Of a stretch of 64,000 nucleotides of DNA, positions 30,413 through 41,801 are shown piece after piece; position 1 is the stretch's first letter; each line of letters opens with the position of its first letter. The DNA lies in the NCBI GenBank assembly GCA_963749155.1, contig CAVVLO010000003.1, positions 96,001-160,000 of the forward strand, in the 5' to 3' direction. Origin of the DNA: an uncultured Armatimonadia bacterium. GTDB lineage: Bacteria > Armatimonadota > Zipacnadia > CAVVLO01. The notes beneath the pieces are model-generated. The model saw only the letters and a program-made list of their open reading frames with translations, ran no database searches and was not told where the DNA came from. Both the position numbers and the translations under genes were made by a program.

Positions 30413-30439
30413 GCAGGAAGCCCCTGCTTCAGGCAGAAT
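30413..30439 (+). promoter_or_regulatory. SigH-like promoter
   Basis: GCAGGA-N17-GAAT. Confidence 0.6.
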
Positions 30440-30473
30440 CCTTTCTCCATAAGTGTTGGGGAGGTCTGCCACT

Positions 30474-31574
30474 ATGCGCGATCCACTGCTTTGGCTCCTG
30501 GTGATTGTTATCCTCTGTCTGGCCTTGCCCGCAAGCGCCGGCAAGAAGCTCATCGAGTTCGGCTGGGACGTGCCTACGCCCACCTATCTGAAAGACCATA
30601 TCAAAGAGATGGAACAAAGACCCTTCGATGGCGTCATACTGCGCCTGATAGGCGACTTTGAGGGCAAGCATTATGAGGCCTACCAGGCCTGGGCGAAGGT
30701 GCCCTTCGCCGAAGAGGCCATCCCCTTCTTTGTAGAGGAACTAAAGGCCGTCAAGTTCGACAAATTTACGGACAATTTCCTCCTTGCCTGGAGCACGCCC
30801 GGTGACACCGACTGGTACAGCGATGAGGAGTTCGGCGTCTTCGTCCAGAATATGCGCCTGCTTGCGCGCGTGGCCAAACAGGCGGGGCTGAAGGGGATCT
30901 GTTTCGACAACGAACCCTACAGCGATAAGAAACCCTGGCTATGGATGGACCAGCCAGGCCACGAAACACGCTCCTTTTCGGAGTATTCCGCCAAAGCGCG
31001 TATGCGCGGCCGCGAGCTTATGAAGGCCATCGGCGAAGAATATCCTGACATCACTTTTATGACCCTCTTCGGCTTCACGTCCTCGCAGAATGTCTGGGAT
31101 CAGAAGCCCTTCCAGAAAGCCCTCTCGGAATGGTGGCTGGGAGGTCTCTACCCCGCTTTCCTCAATGGCGTAATTGAGGCAATGCCGAAGGGCGCCAGGT
31201 TCCTCGATGGGCACGAATGGGGCTATTACTATGGCTCGAAGACCGAGTTCCTTCAGGGCTACTGGAATATGGTCAGTGGCTGCAAGCACCTGGTGCTGCC
31301 TCAGAACTGGAAGAAGTACCGCGAAGTGCTTTCGGCGGGTTTCGGCCTGTATATGGACCGCAACTGGCGCACCGAACCCTACACCTTCAAAGCCGACGAC
31401 ATAAGCAAGAATTTCTGGAGCCCCGAAGCTTTCGAGGCGCGCGCGACCGAGGCCCTGACCATTTCGGACGAATATGTCTGGGTCTATACTGAATGCCTCA
31501 ACTGGTGGACAGGCGATAACCTGCCCCTCGAGTATCAAGAGGCGCTGGAGAGGGCCAAAAAGGCCGTCCCGTAG
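30474..31574 (+). CDS. Secreted hypothetical protein, probably a TIM-barrel GH-like fold
   Basis: Signal peptide; KKLIEFGWD, PFDGV, GICFDNEPY, DEYVWVYTE. Confidence 0.7.
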   Translation: MRDPLLWLLVIVILCLALPASAGKKLIEFGWDVPTPTYLKDHIKEMEQRPFDGVILRLIGDFEGKHYEAYQAWAKVPFAEEAIPFFVEELKAVKFDKFTDNFLLAWSTPGDTDWYSDEEFGVFVQNMRLLARVAKQAGLKGICFDNEPYSDKKPWLWMDQPGHETRSFSEYSAKARMRGRELMKAIGEEYPDITFMTLFGFTSSQNVWDQKPFQKALSEWWLGGLYPAFLNGVIEAMPKGARFLDGHEWGYYYGSKTEFLQGYWNMVSGCKHLVLPQNWKKYREVLSAGFGLYMDRNWRTEPYTFKADDISKNFWSPEAFEARATEALTISDEYVWVYTECLNWWTGDNLPLEYQEALERAKKAVP

Positions 31575-31595
31575 GCGGGCCGGCCCTCGCAGCCG

Positions 31596-32108
31596 CTAAA
31601 CTGTCATCTCTTTGAGCTGCTTCACCAGGTCGTCGAGATCTTCGAGAAGGGCCTGCAGGTCCTCTTCGTGCTCGACCTCGTCGGTCAGGATCTGCAACGC
31701 GGTGTTATACGTGAGCTGGTCCTTGCCCGAGGTCAGCTTCATCAGCGAATCGTAGACGCCGATGGCGCATTGCTCGCCCTTGATGTTCTGGGCAAGGATC
31801 TTGCGCACGACCGGATCCTCGGGCGCGTCATAACCACAGTTGGTCAGGTCATACCACTGCTTCGGTTCGAGCACCGGCGTGCCGCCCAGCTCGATTATGC
31901 GCAGGCTGACCATCTCGGCGTGCCGCAATTCGTCCAGCGAATGTTGAAGCAGCTCCGCCGCGACCGCGTCCTTCATCGGCCCTTTGACCACTTTGGCCCC
32001 GAGCCAATACTGGTAGTAGGCGAGCCACTCATCGGAAAGCGCCCGATTCAAAGTAAGAACAAGCTCCTCCACATCCAGCCCTACAATAGATCTGCCTTTC
32101 GTACCCAT
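31596..32108 (-). CDS. DPS-like (DPSL) ferritin-family protein
   Basis: ALSDEWLAYYQYW, DELRHA, NCGY, GEQCAI, DEVEHEEDL. Confidence 0.9.
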   Translation of the reverse strand: MGTKGRSIVGLDVEELVLTLNRALSDEWLAYYQYWLGAKVVKGPMKDAVAAELLQHSLDELRHAEMVSLRIIELGGTPVLEPKQWYDLTNCGYDAPEDPVVRKILAQNIKGEQCAIGVYDSLMKLTSGKDQLTYNTALQILTDEVEHEEDLQALLEDLDDLVKQLKEMTV

Positions 32109-32186
32109 CTTCGTTGCCTCCTTGAGACACGACTTGCTGCCTGCTTCTACGTGTTAGTTGCAGGCACCTGCCGAGATCCTGGGAAG

Positions 32187-33588
32187 CTACTTCTGCTCTT
32201 CGTGGTATTCCGCGTCGGTGTTGACGGCCCAGGGGTCGTAATTCTTCCCCTCGGCGATGTTGCGCGCCGCCAAGCAGCGCCGTCATCATCGAGTGGTCCA
32301 TATTGTTGTATCTGTGCTGCCCGTTGCGGCCGATACAGTAGAGGTTTTCCAAGGAGTCCAGGAAGCCTCTCAGCACCCCAAGCCGCGCCTGATAGGCATC
32401 ATCGTAGACTGGATAAGCCTTCGGCACGGGCACAACGTGGCCATCTTCAACCCAGTCCTCTTTCAGCAGGCCGAGTTTGGCGACCTCAGAGGCGCCCAGC
32501 TCAATCAGTTTCTCTTTGGGCCACTGGTAAAGCTCATCGGTGTCCCAAAGGAAGTACTCCAGCCCGATGCAGCTCTTGCTTGCGTCAGGCACCAGGTGAG
32601 GGCTCCAGTTGCCGAAGTTCTGCAGCCTGCCGACCTGCACCTCGGGCGAGTGGATGTAAATCCAGTTGTCGGGGAAGAGGTTCGGCCGGTCGACGATCAG
32701 CGCCACGGTGAGGAAATCGCGATACCTGAGCGCCTTTGCGGCCTCGACCACCTCGGCGGCGGGCGCAGGCTCCATCATCAGGATAAGCTCCCGGATGGGC
32801 AGCGTGGAGAGGAACCAGTCTACCGGCAGTTGCTCTGTGCCTTCTGGCCCCTCGACAGAAATACCAGCTACTCGCTTGCCCTCGAGGAAGAGTTTCGTCA
32901 CTTTTGTCTCGCGCTTTACCAGGCCGCCAGCGACTTCAATATTCCCCGCCGCCGCCTCCCAAAGCTGGCCAGGCCCAAGCGGGGGATATTTGAACTCTTC
33001 AATCAACGTCTTCACGGTGCCGCCGCGCTTCGGTATCAAGGCTTTGAAGAGGGCCGTCGAGAGGGAAAGCCCCTGGATGCGCTGAGCTGCCCAATCGGCC
33101 GAAAGCTCCGTGCAGGCCATCCCCCAGACTTTTTCGGTATAGGTCTTGAAGAAGGTGCGATAGAGCCGCCGGCCGAACCGGTTGGACACCCAGTCCTCGA
33201 AGCTGACCTCGGGGCGGATGGGCGCTACTTTCGACCAGAAATAGCTGGCGACCGCCGCCAGAGAGGTGAAAGGGCCAAGCTGCATAAAGGCATCGAGCGG
33301 CTTCAGGGGATAGCGGAAAAACTTGTTGCGATAATAGATGCGCGAAAGCCGCTCGCGCGTCATAAGCGGTGCGCCCAGCAGCTCGGGCCAGAGGGCGTTT
33401 ATCTCCTCCGACTTGCTGAAGAAGCGATGGCCGCCCAAATCGAAGCGATAGCCTTTATATTCCTCGGTGCGCGCGATACCGCCCACGAGGGGCAGACTCT
33501 CGAAAACAGTCGGCGCCAGCCCGTGCCTTGTTAGTTCATATGCCGCGGTGAGGCCAGCCGGCCCGCCTCCGCCAATGGCGATTGTCAC
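32187..33588 (-). CDS. FAD-dependent oxidoreductase (UDP-galactopyranose mutase/HemY-like); frameshift near 32270
   Basis: GGGPAGLTAA, FDLGGHRFF, GRNGQHRYNNMDHSM; the C-terminus YDPWAVNTDAEYHEEQK* is in another frame. Confidence 0.85.
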
Positions 33589-33656
33589 TTGCGCTGCCTC
33601 CTCCTGATAGAAGTAATATTATACAACCATCTGAGGGCCACTTCTCCTTCTTTAAG

Positions 33657-33683
33657 GAAGGACAGCAAGCCTTCGGCGCGAAT
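33657..33683 (+). promoter_or_regulatory. SigH-like promoter
   Basis: GAAGGA-N17-GAAT. Confidence 0.5.
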
Positions 33684-33726
33684 TCAGTTCAAACCCACCC
33701 TCTACCGGATGCACCAGGAGGAAACT

Positions 33727-35255
33727 TTGCACCAGTCACAGCCTGCTGACCAGGAACCATCATCTGCCATCCAGGCGCAAACAGACGCCCCTGCCAGATG
33801 GGGTTGGCTAGCTCTGAGTAACGGCCCTCGCACTGGTTCTTCGCCTCTACAGGCTTGCCTACTGGGGACTTTGGGCAGATGACGGAAAGTCTACCATATG
33901 GTATCGGCTCCGAGCGCTTGCAGCTCTGCTCGACTGGAATCAGTCCACCACTCTTCCTTCTATCTGCTTTTCGGTATTGGAATCAAGTTGGCCAAGCCTC
34001 TTTGGTGGCGCCTGCTGCCCGCGCTGCTTGGGACACTTACAGTGCCCCTGCTCTACTTTATGTTCCAGCGCACTGTTGGTTCCAGAGCAGCCCTGTTTGC
34101 TGCCTTGTTGCTGGCTGTGAGTCCGCTTCATACCGGAGAAAGCCAGGATCTGCGTATGTATACTCTGCTTACGCTCGAGTTTCTCGTGTTGTTTTGGGCG
34201 GCTGTGAAGGTCATATTGCAACCGCAAAAGCCCTTTCTTTACGCTGTGCTGGCGGCCATCTCGGCGCTAGCAATGCTCTATACCCAGTATGTCAGCGTAG
34301 TCTTCCTGGTCAGCCCTTCTACTGGCTGTGCTGCCCTACTGCTGGAAGAGCCGCCGGGCTCTCACTGCGCCTGGTTCTGGTCCTTCTTATAGTATTTGCA
34401 GGCTTTGCCCCCTGGATTCCCCAGCTCAAGCCGCTCCGACTTCCCAATGGGTGCTTTTACCGAAGAGGAACGTCTCATTAGCAGCGCTTGGCCGCCACTC
34501 TGGTTGTCTTCTCGGCGGGGCAGGTGCAGACCCAGAAAGCCGTCCGCAGCCCATCTGAACGCCTGGATTTGGTGACTCTGGCGGGCGGGGCCACCCTTCT
34601 GTTTGGGCTCGCGGTCTCCCTTGGCCTCAGACGTAAACACCGGCTGACCTGGCTGCTCGTCGCTACAGGCTTCGGCCCAATGCTCTTGCTTTATACCGCC
34701 TCTTACATAAAGCCTTTCTATCAGACTTATCCCCTGATGCCCTCCCTGATACCCCTCTGCCTGCTTGCCGGACTGGGACTGGCCCAGTTGAAGTTGCCCT
34801 CCAGGGCTGTATCTGCTCGGGTTGCTCTGTCTTGTCAGCCTGGCTCTCATCACCTATGGCTATTATGATCCCACTCTCCAGCGCAATCGAGGGCTTGGGC
34901 GAGTGGCTCAGGCAATCTGGGAGGAGTCCGGCCTGGCGATATCGTCCTCTGTGATGCGCTGATGGTTTGGCCGTTGCAGGCCCATCTCCAGGCCTTGTTG
35001 CCTGATAAGCGGCTGCGTATAGAAGCAGTGTCTCCTGACCGGTTCGAGGCTACCAGGCGCTTCTGGCTGGTTAGTCGCGTTCACCGGACCGAGGTGCGCG
35101 CGGAGATCCCCGCTGACAGGAAACAACTGTGGGAGTGGCATCAGCCCTTCGGCAGCCTGCTGATAGGGCGCGTTATGCTGGCGCTGTATTCGACCGACCT
35201 ACAAGACGAAAAACCCGCCGCCACGCCTGATTACTTGCTGCTGCCTGATAGCTAG
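33727..35255 (+). CDS. GT-C membrane glycosyltransferase (GT39/PMT-like), multiple frameshifts
   Basis: Fragments RLLPALLGTLTVPLLY, AALLLAVSPLHTGESQDLRMYTL; many TM segments spread over 5 or more ORFs. Confidence 0.65.
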
Positions 35256-36779
35256 CTCGCTGAAGTCAGACCTGGTTCGACCTGGGGAGCAGCCGGAGCG
35301 GGTCTCCTCGCTGCTTCGTCAGCTTCCGCCAGGATCCGGCTGCGCTCTGCAACCTGCAAGCAGACGGCTGACCACGCGAAGGGCAGAAAGATCGTAGGAT
35401 AATCGAGGCTTCCGCCGATCAGCCAGGCGGCAACCCACAGCCAGAGGTTAAGCCTGAAGGCATAGCAGATACCAACAAGCTCCGAGTAAGCATGGGTAGA
35501 GTTACTGATCGCTTTTTTGAATAGAAAATGCGCATACCAGATCAGAAGAATAAAGAGCCCAAACCCCAGAAGCCCCAAGATCTGCCGCGAGTCAGAAACA
35601 GGTTGTGCGGCTCGCCCCCCACCTCGGTAGCGCCAGCCTTCGCTTGCATACTCTCCAAGCTGAAGCGCACATTGCCGTATCCTATCCCCATATCGGGTGA
35701 TTAAGAAATACGAGCCAGGTCTGCTGGTTTACAGACAAGCGATAATGCTCATATGTGGGGCTGAAAGTGGCGCTCATCCTGTGACCTGTTGCAGCTCGGT
35801 ATTCTGGGGGCAGTAAGAAAGAACGCCAGCGTGCCGATTAGCGCCAAGCGCCAGGTAGGCACCAAGAAGCTTGCTGAAGCTTTTGCCTGAGTAGTTCCAG
35901 AGCAACCAGAGCATCGCCATGGCAGCAAAGAATATCTGCGCCCTGGCAAAAGTCGCAAGCAAACCCATTACCATAACGGTAGCCAGCAGGAAGCCCCAGG
36001 TTGGCATCCTCTTGCGCCCAATCAGAAGCAGCCCAAGCAGGAGGAATAGCCCAAGCGCTATCAGGAAAGCAGCGCCCGCCGGATGCTTGAAGGTCCCAAA
36101 AGCGCGCGGGATGGGTCCGAAGTAATAACCCCACGGCACCCCTTCTGCAGTAGGAAGGTGCCGCTGCAAGTAAGCGATCGGCCCGAGGACTGGCTGCACG
36201 ATACACATAAAGGCCTGGATAGACGCAATCACGACCAGGAGCCAGGAGACAAGTACGAGCCGCGCGCGCGTATTGATAAAAGCCTCAAACGAATAGGCAA
36301 GCGCGAAGGCCTGGAACAAGGGCATAACTGCCCTGAGCGCCTCGTGCCTGGGTTGTCGCGCCTAACGCGGAAAGGGTCGCCATAAAAATGAAAGAGAGCA
36401 TCACCCATTGAAGTGGAGATACAAAACGTTGCTTGCGCACGGCTTTTATGCCAATAGCCAGGCCCATCGAGACGAAGGCCAGCAGTCCAATGGCATAAAG
36501 CGGGCCCCACGCAGGAAGCCAGTCAAGGGGGATGAGGAGGATCTCGGCCAAAACTACGTAGAAAGGACTTGCTGCCACAAGCAGCGCGCCCATCCCTGCG
36601 CCAACCAGAGTGGTGTTCACCTTGCCGGGCTCCACTATGAGCCAGGCGGTGAAAAGTGAGCCCAGTATAATTGTTACTATGAGGAAGAGAGGCAGATAGG
36701 GCGATCTTCCCTGGACTGCGGCCACGTTGCGCTTGATCAAACGCTTCCCCTCCGGCACTCGGTAACTCGATTTTAACAC
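35252..36779 (-). CDS. O-antigen ligase (Wzy_C) family membrane protein, multiple frameshifts
   Basis: RAFGTFKHP, LLATFARAQ; GIGYGN and PHNLFL readable in an intervening frame; GLLGFGLF. Confidence 0.7.
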
Positions 36780-36842
36780 ACCCTCTTTCTGCCGGCATCC
36801 CTGGAAGGCCTTTTTTTAGGAAGCCTTTGATGGATTATGACC

Positions 36843-36869
36843 GCAGGATATTTCCTCTTTCTGGTGAAT
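36843..36869 (+). promoter_or_regulatory. SigH-like promoter
   Basis: GCAGGA-N17-GAAT. Confidence 0.6.
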
Positions 36870-36905
36870 CTAAGCCTGGACTAGCTGCTCTTCAAGGAGG
36901 CCTGG

Positions 36906-38771
36906 ATGCCCAACTGGACTTGCCCTGCGGCTCATCCCTTCCTGGTCGCCAACCTGGCCCAGCTGGAAGCCGCGCGCCGCAAACTGGCAGAAGGCTTCGA
37001 GCCGGTTGCCAACGCCCTTGCCGAACTGGAGAAGCTCTCTGGCCAGGCCGCCGACCTCGAGCTACCTGGCTTCGATCACTCCTGGTTCGCCGGCAAGACG
37101 CGCGCCGACTGGGCAGCCATCTATCCTGAAGTTTTTCGCGACACCTCGCAGGGGCCAGGTCGCTATGCGATGCCCGCCCTTGGCGCCGCTCTCCACTGGG
37201 CGCTGACAGAAGAAGCTACCAGCCTCGCGGCGGCGAAGCGCATTTTGCTCCATATGCAGGCTGAATATCCCTTCGACATCGAGCACTACGATGTGGGGAT
37301 GAACTACACTGGTTTCTGCATCCCCCTGCTGTGGGCATATGACCTGCTTTATGAGACTTTTACCCCTACCGAGAGAGGCTTGCTGGACGAATTTTTCGCG
37401 CGCGCCTATTCGGCTATCGCCGAGAACGATGCTCTCTGGGTGCGCGAGGGCATCGGAGGCGCCTACAACAACCATTACGCCTGGCACAAGTTCTTCATCG
37501 CCAGCTACGGCGCCTTCTACGGGCGGGGAGAACTGATCGACTTCGCCCTCACCAGCCCGATGGGCGTTGACGACTTTATGGCGCACGGCCTGGTGGACGA
37601 TGGCCTGTGGCTTGAGAGCGCCACCGGCTACAACTTCGTCGCCGCCCACGCTCTGCTGCCGCTTGCCTGGACACTCCGCAATGCCGGCTGGCCGGAGGAC
37701 CTCTTCGAGCGTGATTTCGGACGCGGCAAACGGCTGAGACAGCTCTTCGACGCCGCGCTGTACTTGCTCTTTCCCGATGGCTCTATGCCGGCGCTTGGCG
37801 ACTGTTATGGCCGCCTGCCCACCCTCCCTGGCGACCAGTACGAGTACGCCTGGGCAATCTGGAAAGCGCCCGAATACGCCTGGGTCGTCAGTCAGCGTCC
37901 GCGGCGGTACTCTGGCTGGGGCCTGCTGCCTGCCCTGTTCGTCGCAGAGCCTGTCTCTGGTCTGGCAGAGCCCCCTGTTGGCACCCGCAACTGGCCCGAA
38001 CACGGGCTGACGCTGCTCGCGAACAATGCGCCAGGCCCGTACTTCTCCCCCACCACGGCGGCCTGTTTCATCACCTGGGGCTACAGTGGCATCCACGGTC
38101 ACGCCGACAAACTCGGCTTCGAGCTTGCGGTCGGCAAACGCCGCTGGCTCGCTGATGCGGAAGCCACCTCGCCTGGCCACAGCTTCAGCAGTGACGTGCA
38201 AGGCCAGCTCAATCGCACGAGCCTCCCCCACAGCCTCGTGACAGTGGACCATAAGCCCCAGCGCGGCCTGCGCGACAATCTCACCGTGGTCGAACTCGAT
38301 GAAGTCCGCCGGCGCCTGGTGCTGCGCGATGAGGGAGCGCTGTATGAGGGCGTGACCCAGCAGCGCGCCTTCCAGCTCGGAGAGACTGCTCTGACTGACC
38401 TCTACGAGCTTTCAGCTGATACCGACCACACTTTCGAATACCAGCTCGTTTTCTGGCCGGGGACAGAAATCACCCTTCCGATGCCTCTCTCCCCCGCCCC
38501 GCCCATCAAGGCCGGCGTGGAATACACCTGGTTGCGCGACCTGGCCAGCGCGCCTCTGCCGGCAGGGACGTTCAGCTTCGAGGCGAAGCAGGAAGAGGCC
38601 ACGCTGAAAGTTGAGATGGTCGCACCAGAGGGCTCCGAGGTGCTACTCGGCAGCCTGCCACGAACGCAGGACTGGCAGCCGCCTCACTTCCCGCTGCTGC
38701 TGGTACGCTACAGAGGGAAGCAGGCCCGGTTCGAGGTCACCTTTACCTGGGCCAAACCAACTGGCAGTTGA
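36906..38771 (+). CDS. Heparinase II/III / oligo-alginate lyase-like polysaccharide lyase
   Basis: NNHYAW, DGLWLESATGY, FPDGSMPALGD, HGHADKL, HSLVTVD. Confidence 0.8.
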   Translation: MPNWTCPAAHPFLVANLAQLEAARRKLAEGFEPVANALAELEKLSGQAADLELPGFDHSWFAGKTRADWAAIYPEVFRDTSQGPGRYAMPALGAALHWALTEEATSLAAAKRILLHMQAEYPFDIEHYDVGMNYTGFCIPLLWAYDLLYETFTPTERGLLDEFFARAYSAIAENDALWVREGIGGAYNNHYAWHKFFIASYGAFYGRGELIDFALTSPMGVDDFMAHGLVDDGLWLESATGYNFVAAHALLPLAWTLRNAGWPEDLFERDFGRGKRLRQLFDAALYLLFPDGSMPALGDCYGRLPTLPGDQYEYAWAIWKAPEYAWVVSQRPRRYSGWGLLPALFVAEPVSGLAEPPVGTRNWPEHGLTLLANNAPGPYFSPTTAACFITWGYSGIHGHADKLGFELAVGKRRWLADAEATSPGHSFSSDVQGQLNRTSLPHSLVTVDHKPQRGLRDNLTVVELDEVRRRLVLRDEGALYEGVTQQRAFQLGETALTDLYELSADTDHTFEYQLVFWPGTEITLPMPLSPAPPIKAGVEYTWLRDLASAPLPAGTFSFEAKQEEATLKVEMVAPEGSEVLLGSLPRTQDWQPPHFPLLLVRYRGKQARFEVTFTWAKPTGS

Positions 38772-38786
38772 GGAGGAGAGGTAGCC

Positions 38787-40934
38787 ATGCGCGCGCCTCG
38801 GGTTGGACTTTTGCTGGTTTGCTTCGCGCTAGGGTTGGCTTGCTGCTTGTGCGCTTTAGCGTCGGCCGACCAGTATGTCGCCTACTCGCTCAAGGCGGCT
38901 CACGAGCAAGTTGCCGCGAACACTGACTTTCGCGCCGACAAAGCCCTGTTCGAGTTGGGCGGAATCACGCGCCCCGCTGGGCTGCTGGTTGACACTGCCT
39001 CGGGCGACCTGATGCTGGTAGGCCTTGCGGAAGAAGGCCCTCCCCTGACCCTCGACGACCTTTCTCTTGCGCTCAGGGCCAGGTTCATCTATGGGAAGGA
39101 TCCCGATGTACGTTACCGGCCTCCCCTCAAGGAGGGCGCGCCTGCCAGCGTAAAGCTGCGAGGCGGGGTCGAGGGCACTCCCTTTGGGGAGGCGCTGACA
39201 GCCGGAGGCGCCTGGCTCGCCAAGCGCGCCCAAGCCGAGCAGGACCCCCCCGTCGTCTTGTGGCTTTATGTGACCTTGCCAGATATACAGGCGAACGAGG
39301 GCGCCGTTGCGCTTGGGGCGCTGGACTCTATCACCTGCGCGCTACCGTCTGCTCAGGACGGCTCCTCTGCGCCTTCAAGACTCGATGTCGCCTTGGGAAA
39401 CCGCATCACGTCAGACTTCGTCACTGCCCAGGCGCAGAACGAACCGCTAGCCCGGCTTGAAGGATTGGCGGGTCTGGTTGGACTCGGCGCAGGGCTTGAA
39501 TTGCTTCCCCTGTCCGAGCTCTCCGACCTGGCCTGGTGGCTGTCTTCGTACCCCTTGGACTTGCCACCGCCTGTCTTCCCTCTTGTCACCCCCGATACCC
39601 CGCCTGAGTCCGATATGCTGCGAGCTGGGCTTTGCCTTGCGTCCTTTGCGTCAGTCAGCAATTCTGCCGAGGCTCTTGCGCCTGCAGAACCTGTCCTCGC
39701 TGCCCGGCCAGACTCCAGCGCGCTCAGGTGGACCTTCGAATACTCGGACTGGGGCACTCGGGCAGACCAGTCCCCTGACCTGGGAAAGCTGGCTGCCCAG
39801 GCGCTCTTCCTTGCGGGAGAAGGGCAATCTGGCCCCGCTGTTTCGCTACTTGACGATTACCTTGCCCTCCGGCCTGAGAGCGCCACCGCTGCTTACCAAT
39901 ACCCCAGCCAGCTATTTGGCCTGGGCCAACTGGAATTGGCTGCCTCCAAGACTGATGAGTTGGTCCGCATGACGCCCTTCTGGGGCAAAGCCAAGACTCT
40001 GCAGGCGTCCTTCCAAATCATGCTGGGCGAACCTGAGGCGGCGCTGCCCCTCTGTGAGGCTGCCCTCGAGCTTAATCCTGTGCTCGCAGAAGCGATGGCG
40101 CGCAAAGGGATAGCCTACCGCGACCTGAACGATGCAGAGTCCGCTCTGGAACCGCTCACCACTTCGCTCCAGCTCGATCCGACGAGTTCGATCGCCTGGG
40201 ATGCGCTTGCTGCCGTGTTGGCTAGCCTTGGGCGTCTTCCAGAAGCTGCCGACGCTGGACGCAAAGCAGTATCGCTCGAACCCGACTCGTCCATCAACTG
40301 GTACAACCTGGGGCTAACTCTGTCCGACCAAACCAAGTACAGTGAGGCCGTTCGCCACTATGAGAAGGCGGTTGAGCTCGATCCTGAGCTGGGTTTTGCC
40401 TGGAACAACCTGGGCATGTGTCTCGACCAGCTTGGGCGAAGCGAAGAGGCTTTAGTCGCCCTCGATCGCGCCCTTGCGCTTGACCCTTACATCGTTGCTG
40501 CCTGGCACAACAAAGGCCTGGCTTTCTTCCACCTGGGCCGGGTGGAGGAGTCGCTTGCCTTCTACGACCGGGCACTTGAGTTGAATCCAGATCATGGGGA
40601 CGCGCTGACGAACAAGGGCGTTGCTTTGCTTGCGCTTCAGCGGAATCAGGAGGCTTTGAGCTACCTGTCCAAGGCCGTGCAACTGGATCCCGAAAACGTG
40701 ACAGCGTGGGCTAACGGAGCCGTGGCCTTGCTAGCCCTTGGTCAGCCTGCCCAGGCCCTCTCCTGTGTGGACAAGGCACTGGAAATTGATCCTGACGAGC
40801 TTACCGCGCTCACAAGCAAGGGGCTGGCACTGGCTGCGCTTGGCCGAACTGATGAGGCCAGAGCAGCTCTCCAACGCGCCGTGGACCTTGGGGATGATCG
40901 CGCCCGCGACTTGCTTAACCAGCTTGGGGGCTAA
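38787..40934 (+). CDS. Secreted TPR-repeat protein with a DUF1598-like N-terminus
   Basis: Signal peptide; GDLMLVG..PLTLDDLSLALRA; about 9-10 TPRs (AWNNLG, ALELNP). Confidence 0.8.
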   Translation: MRAPRVGLLLVCFALGLACCLCALASADQYVAYSLKAAHEQVAANTDFRADKALFELGGITRPAGLLVDTASGDLMLVGLAEEGPPLTLDDLSLALRARFIYGKDPDVRYRPPLKEGAPASVKLRGGVEGTPFGEALTAGGAWLAKRAQAEQDPPVVLWLYVTLPDIQANEGAVALGALDSITCALPSAQDGSSAPSRLDVALGNRITSDFVTAQAQNEPLARLEGLAGLVGLGAGLELLPLSELSDLAWWLSSYPLDLPPPVFPLVTPDTPPESDMLRAGLCLASFASVSNSAEALAPAEPVLAARPDSSALRWTFEYSDWGTRADQSPDLGKLAAQALFLAGEGQSGPAVSLLDDYLALRPESATAAYQYPSQLFGLGQLELAASKTDELVRMTPFWGKAKTLQASFQIMLGEPEAALPLCEAALELNPVLAEAMARKGIAYRDLNDAESALEPLTTSLQLDPTSSIAWDALAAVLASLGRLPEAADAGRKAVSLEPDSSINWYNLGLTLSDQTKYSEAVRHYEKAVELDPELGFAWNNLGMCLDQLGRSEEALVALDRALALDPYIVAAWHNKGLAFFHLGRVEESLAFYDRALELNPDHGDALTNKGVALLALQRNQEALSYLSKAVQLDPENVTAWANGAVALLALGQPAQALSCVDKALEIDPDELTALTSKGLALAALGRTDEARAALQRAVDLGDDRARDLLNQLGG

Positions 40935-41081
40935 CGCTTACTTGGGAGTGCCAGTTGATGCAACCTGACGACTAGTGCAACCAGTCGGACATGCCGCCCG
41001 AACTTGGTGTCAAGAACGATGAGCAGCGTTCTGAGGCTGCCAAAGCCGCTTTCCAAACGCGCTTTACCTGGGGGAGAACTA

Positions 41082-41801
41082 GTGGAGCCTGACGACCAGA
41101 CCGAGCAAGACCTTATCGAAGCTGAAGGCCTCTCGCGCCAGTCTACGGAGTCTCAGGCCTTCCTCAAACAGCTTGACGAGAAGACCCGCTTCACTCTCTA
41201 CGAGCTTATGGCGGTCCAGTTTGGCGGCGGGTGCGTGGGGGCAATCCTGGCTTTGGTCGTCATCGGCACTGATACGCTTGCCTGGCTGGTGCGTTACCTC
41301 CACGGCAAGCCTGAGCCTCTCTTCCTGGTCGGCTGGGATACGATTATCTTCGCCCTACCACTCTTCATCGTCGGACTGTGGTTCGGTGGCTGGCTTGGGA
41401 AGCGCCTTGCAGAGCGTTTCAGCGGGAAGGTAAACAGCCAGTGGATGGGTATGCAACAGGCCTGGCAGCGGGAGGCAGAGCGCAAAGGCGGCTTCCGCGG
41501 CTGGACTGCGGTGAATATCGTGAGCCTCATCGTGCTTTTCTTCGCGCTCAACAGCTTCGTCGCGGTGGATGATTCGGGGATAAGCTACGCCAGGTTCGGC
41601 AAGCTGAAGCCTGTCACCTATACCTGGCAGGACGTTTCTTCGGTCTGGGAAGGCGAACTAACTGGCGGTATCAGAGCCTTCCGGGTGGAGTTCTCCGATG
41701 GCCAGGTCTGGCGCTCGAACGAGCTTGTCTCGATGCGCCACTGGGAGCAAGCCCGGGACGCCTTTGATTTCGTCGTCGCAAGAACGAAGCCGGCGCCCTA
41801 A
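41082..41801 (+). CDS. Hypothetical membrane protein (about 3 TM helices plus a PH-like C-terminus)
   Basis: GTG start after a GGGGAG RBS; hydrophobic helices; VDDSGISY..TWQDV. Confidence 0.65.
   Translation: MEPDDQTEQDLIEAEGLSRQSTESQAFLKQLDEKTRFTLYELMAVQFGGGCVGAILALVVIGTDTLAWLVRYLHGKPEPLFLVGWDTIIFALPLFIVGLWFGGWLGKRLAERFSGKVNSQWMGMQQAWQREAERKGGFRGWTAVNIVSLIVLFFALNSFVAVDDSGISYARFGKLKPVTYTWQDVSSVWEGELTGGIRAFRVEFSDGQVWRSNELVSMRHWEQARDAFDFVVARTKPAP

Noticed and set aside
32157..32175. Sigma-54 promoter upstream of the DPS-like gene
   Set aside because: GG-to-GC spacing is 9 rather than the required 10
40940..41000. Repeated TGCAACC and a small hairpin in the intergenic region
   Set aside because: Too short to distinguish from chance
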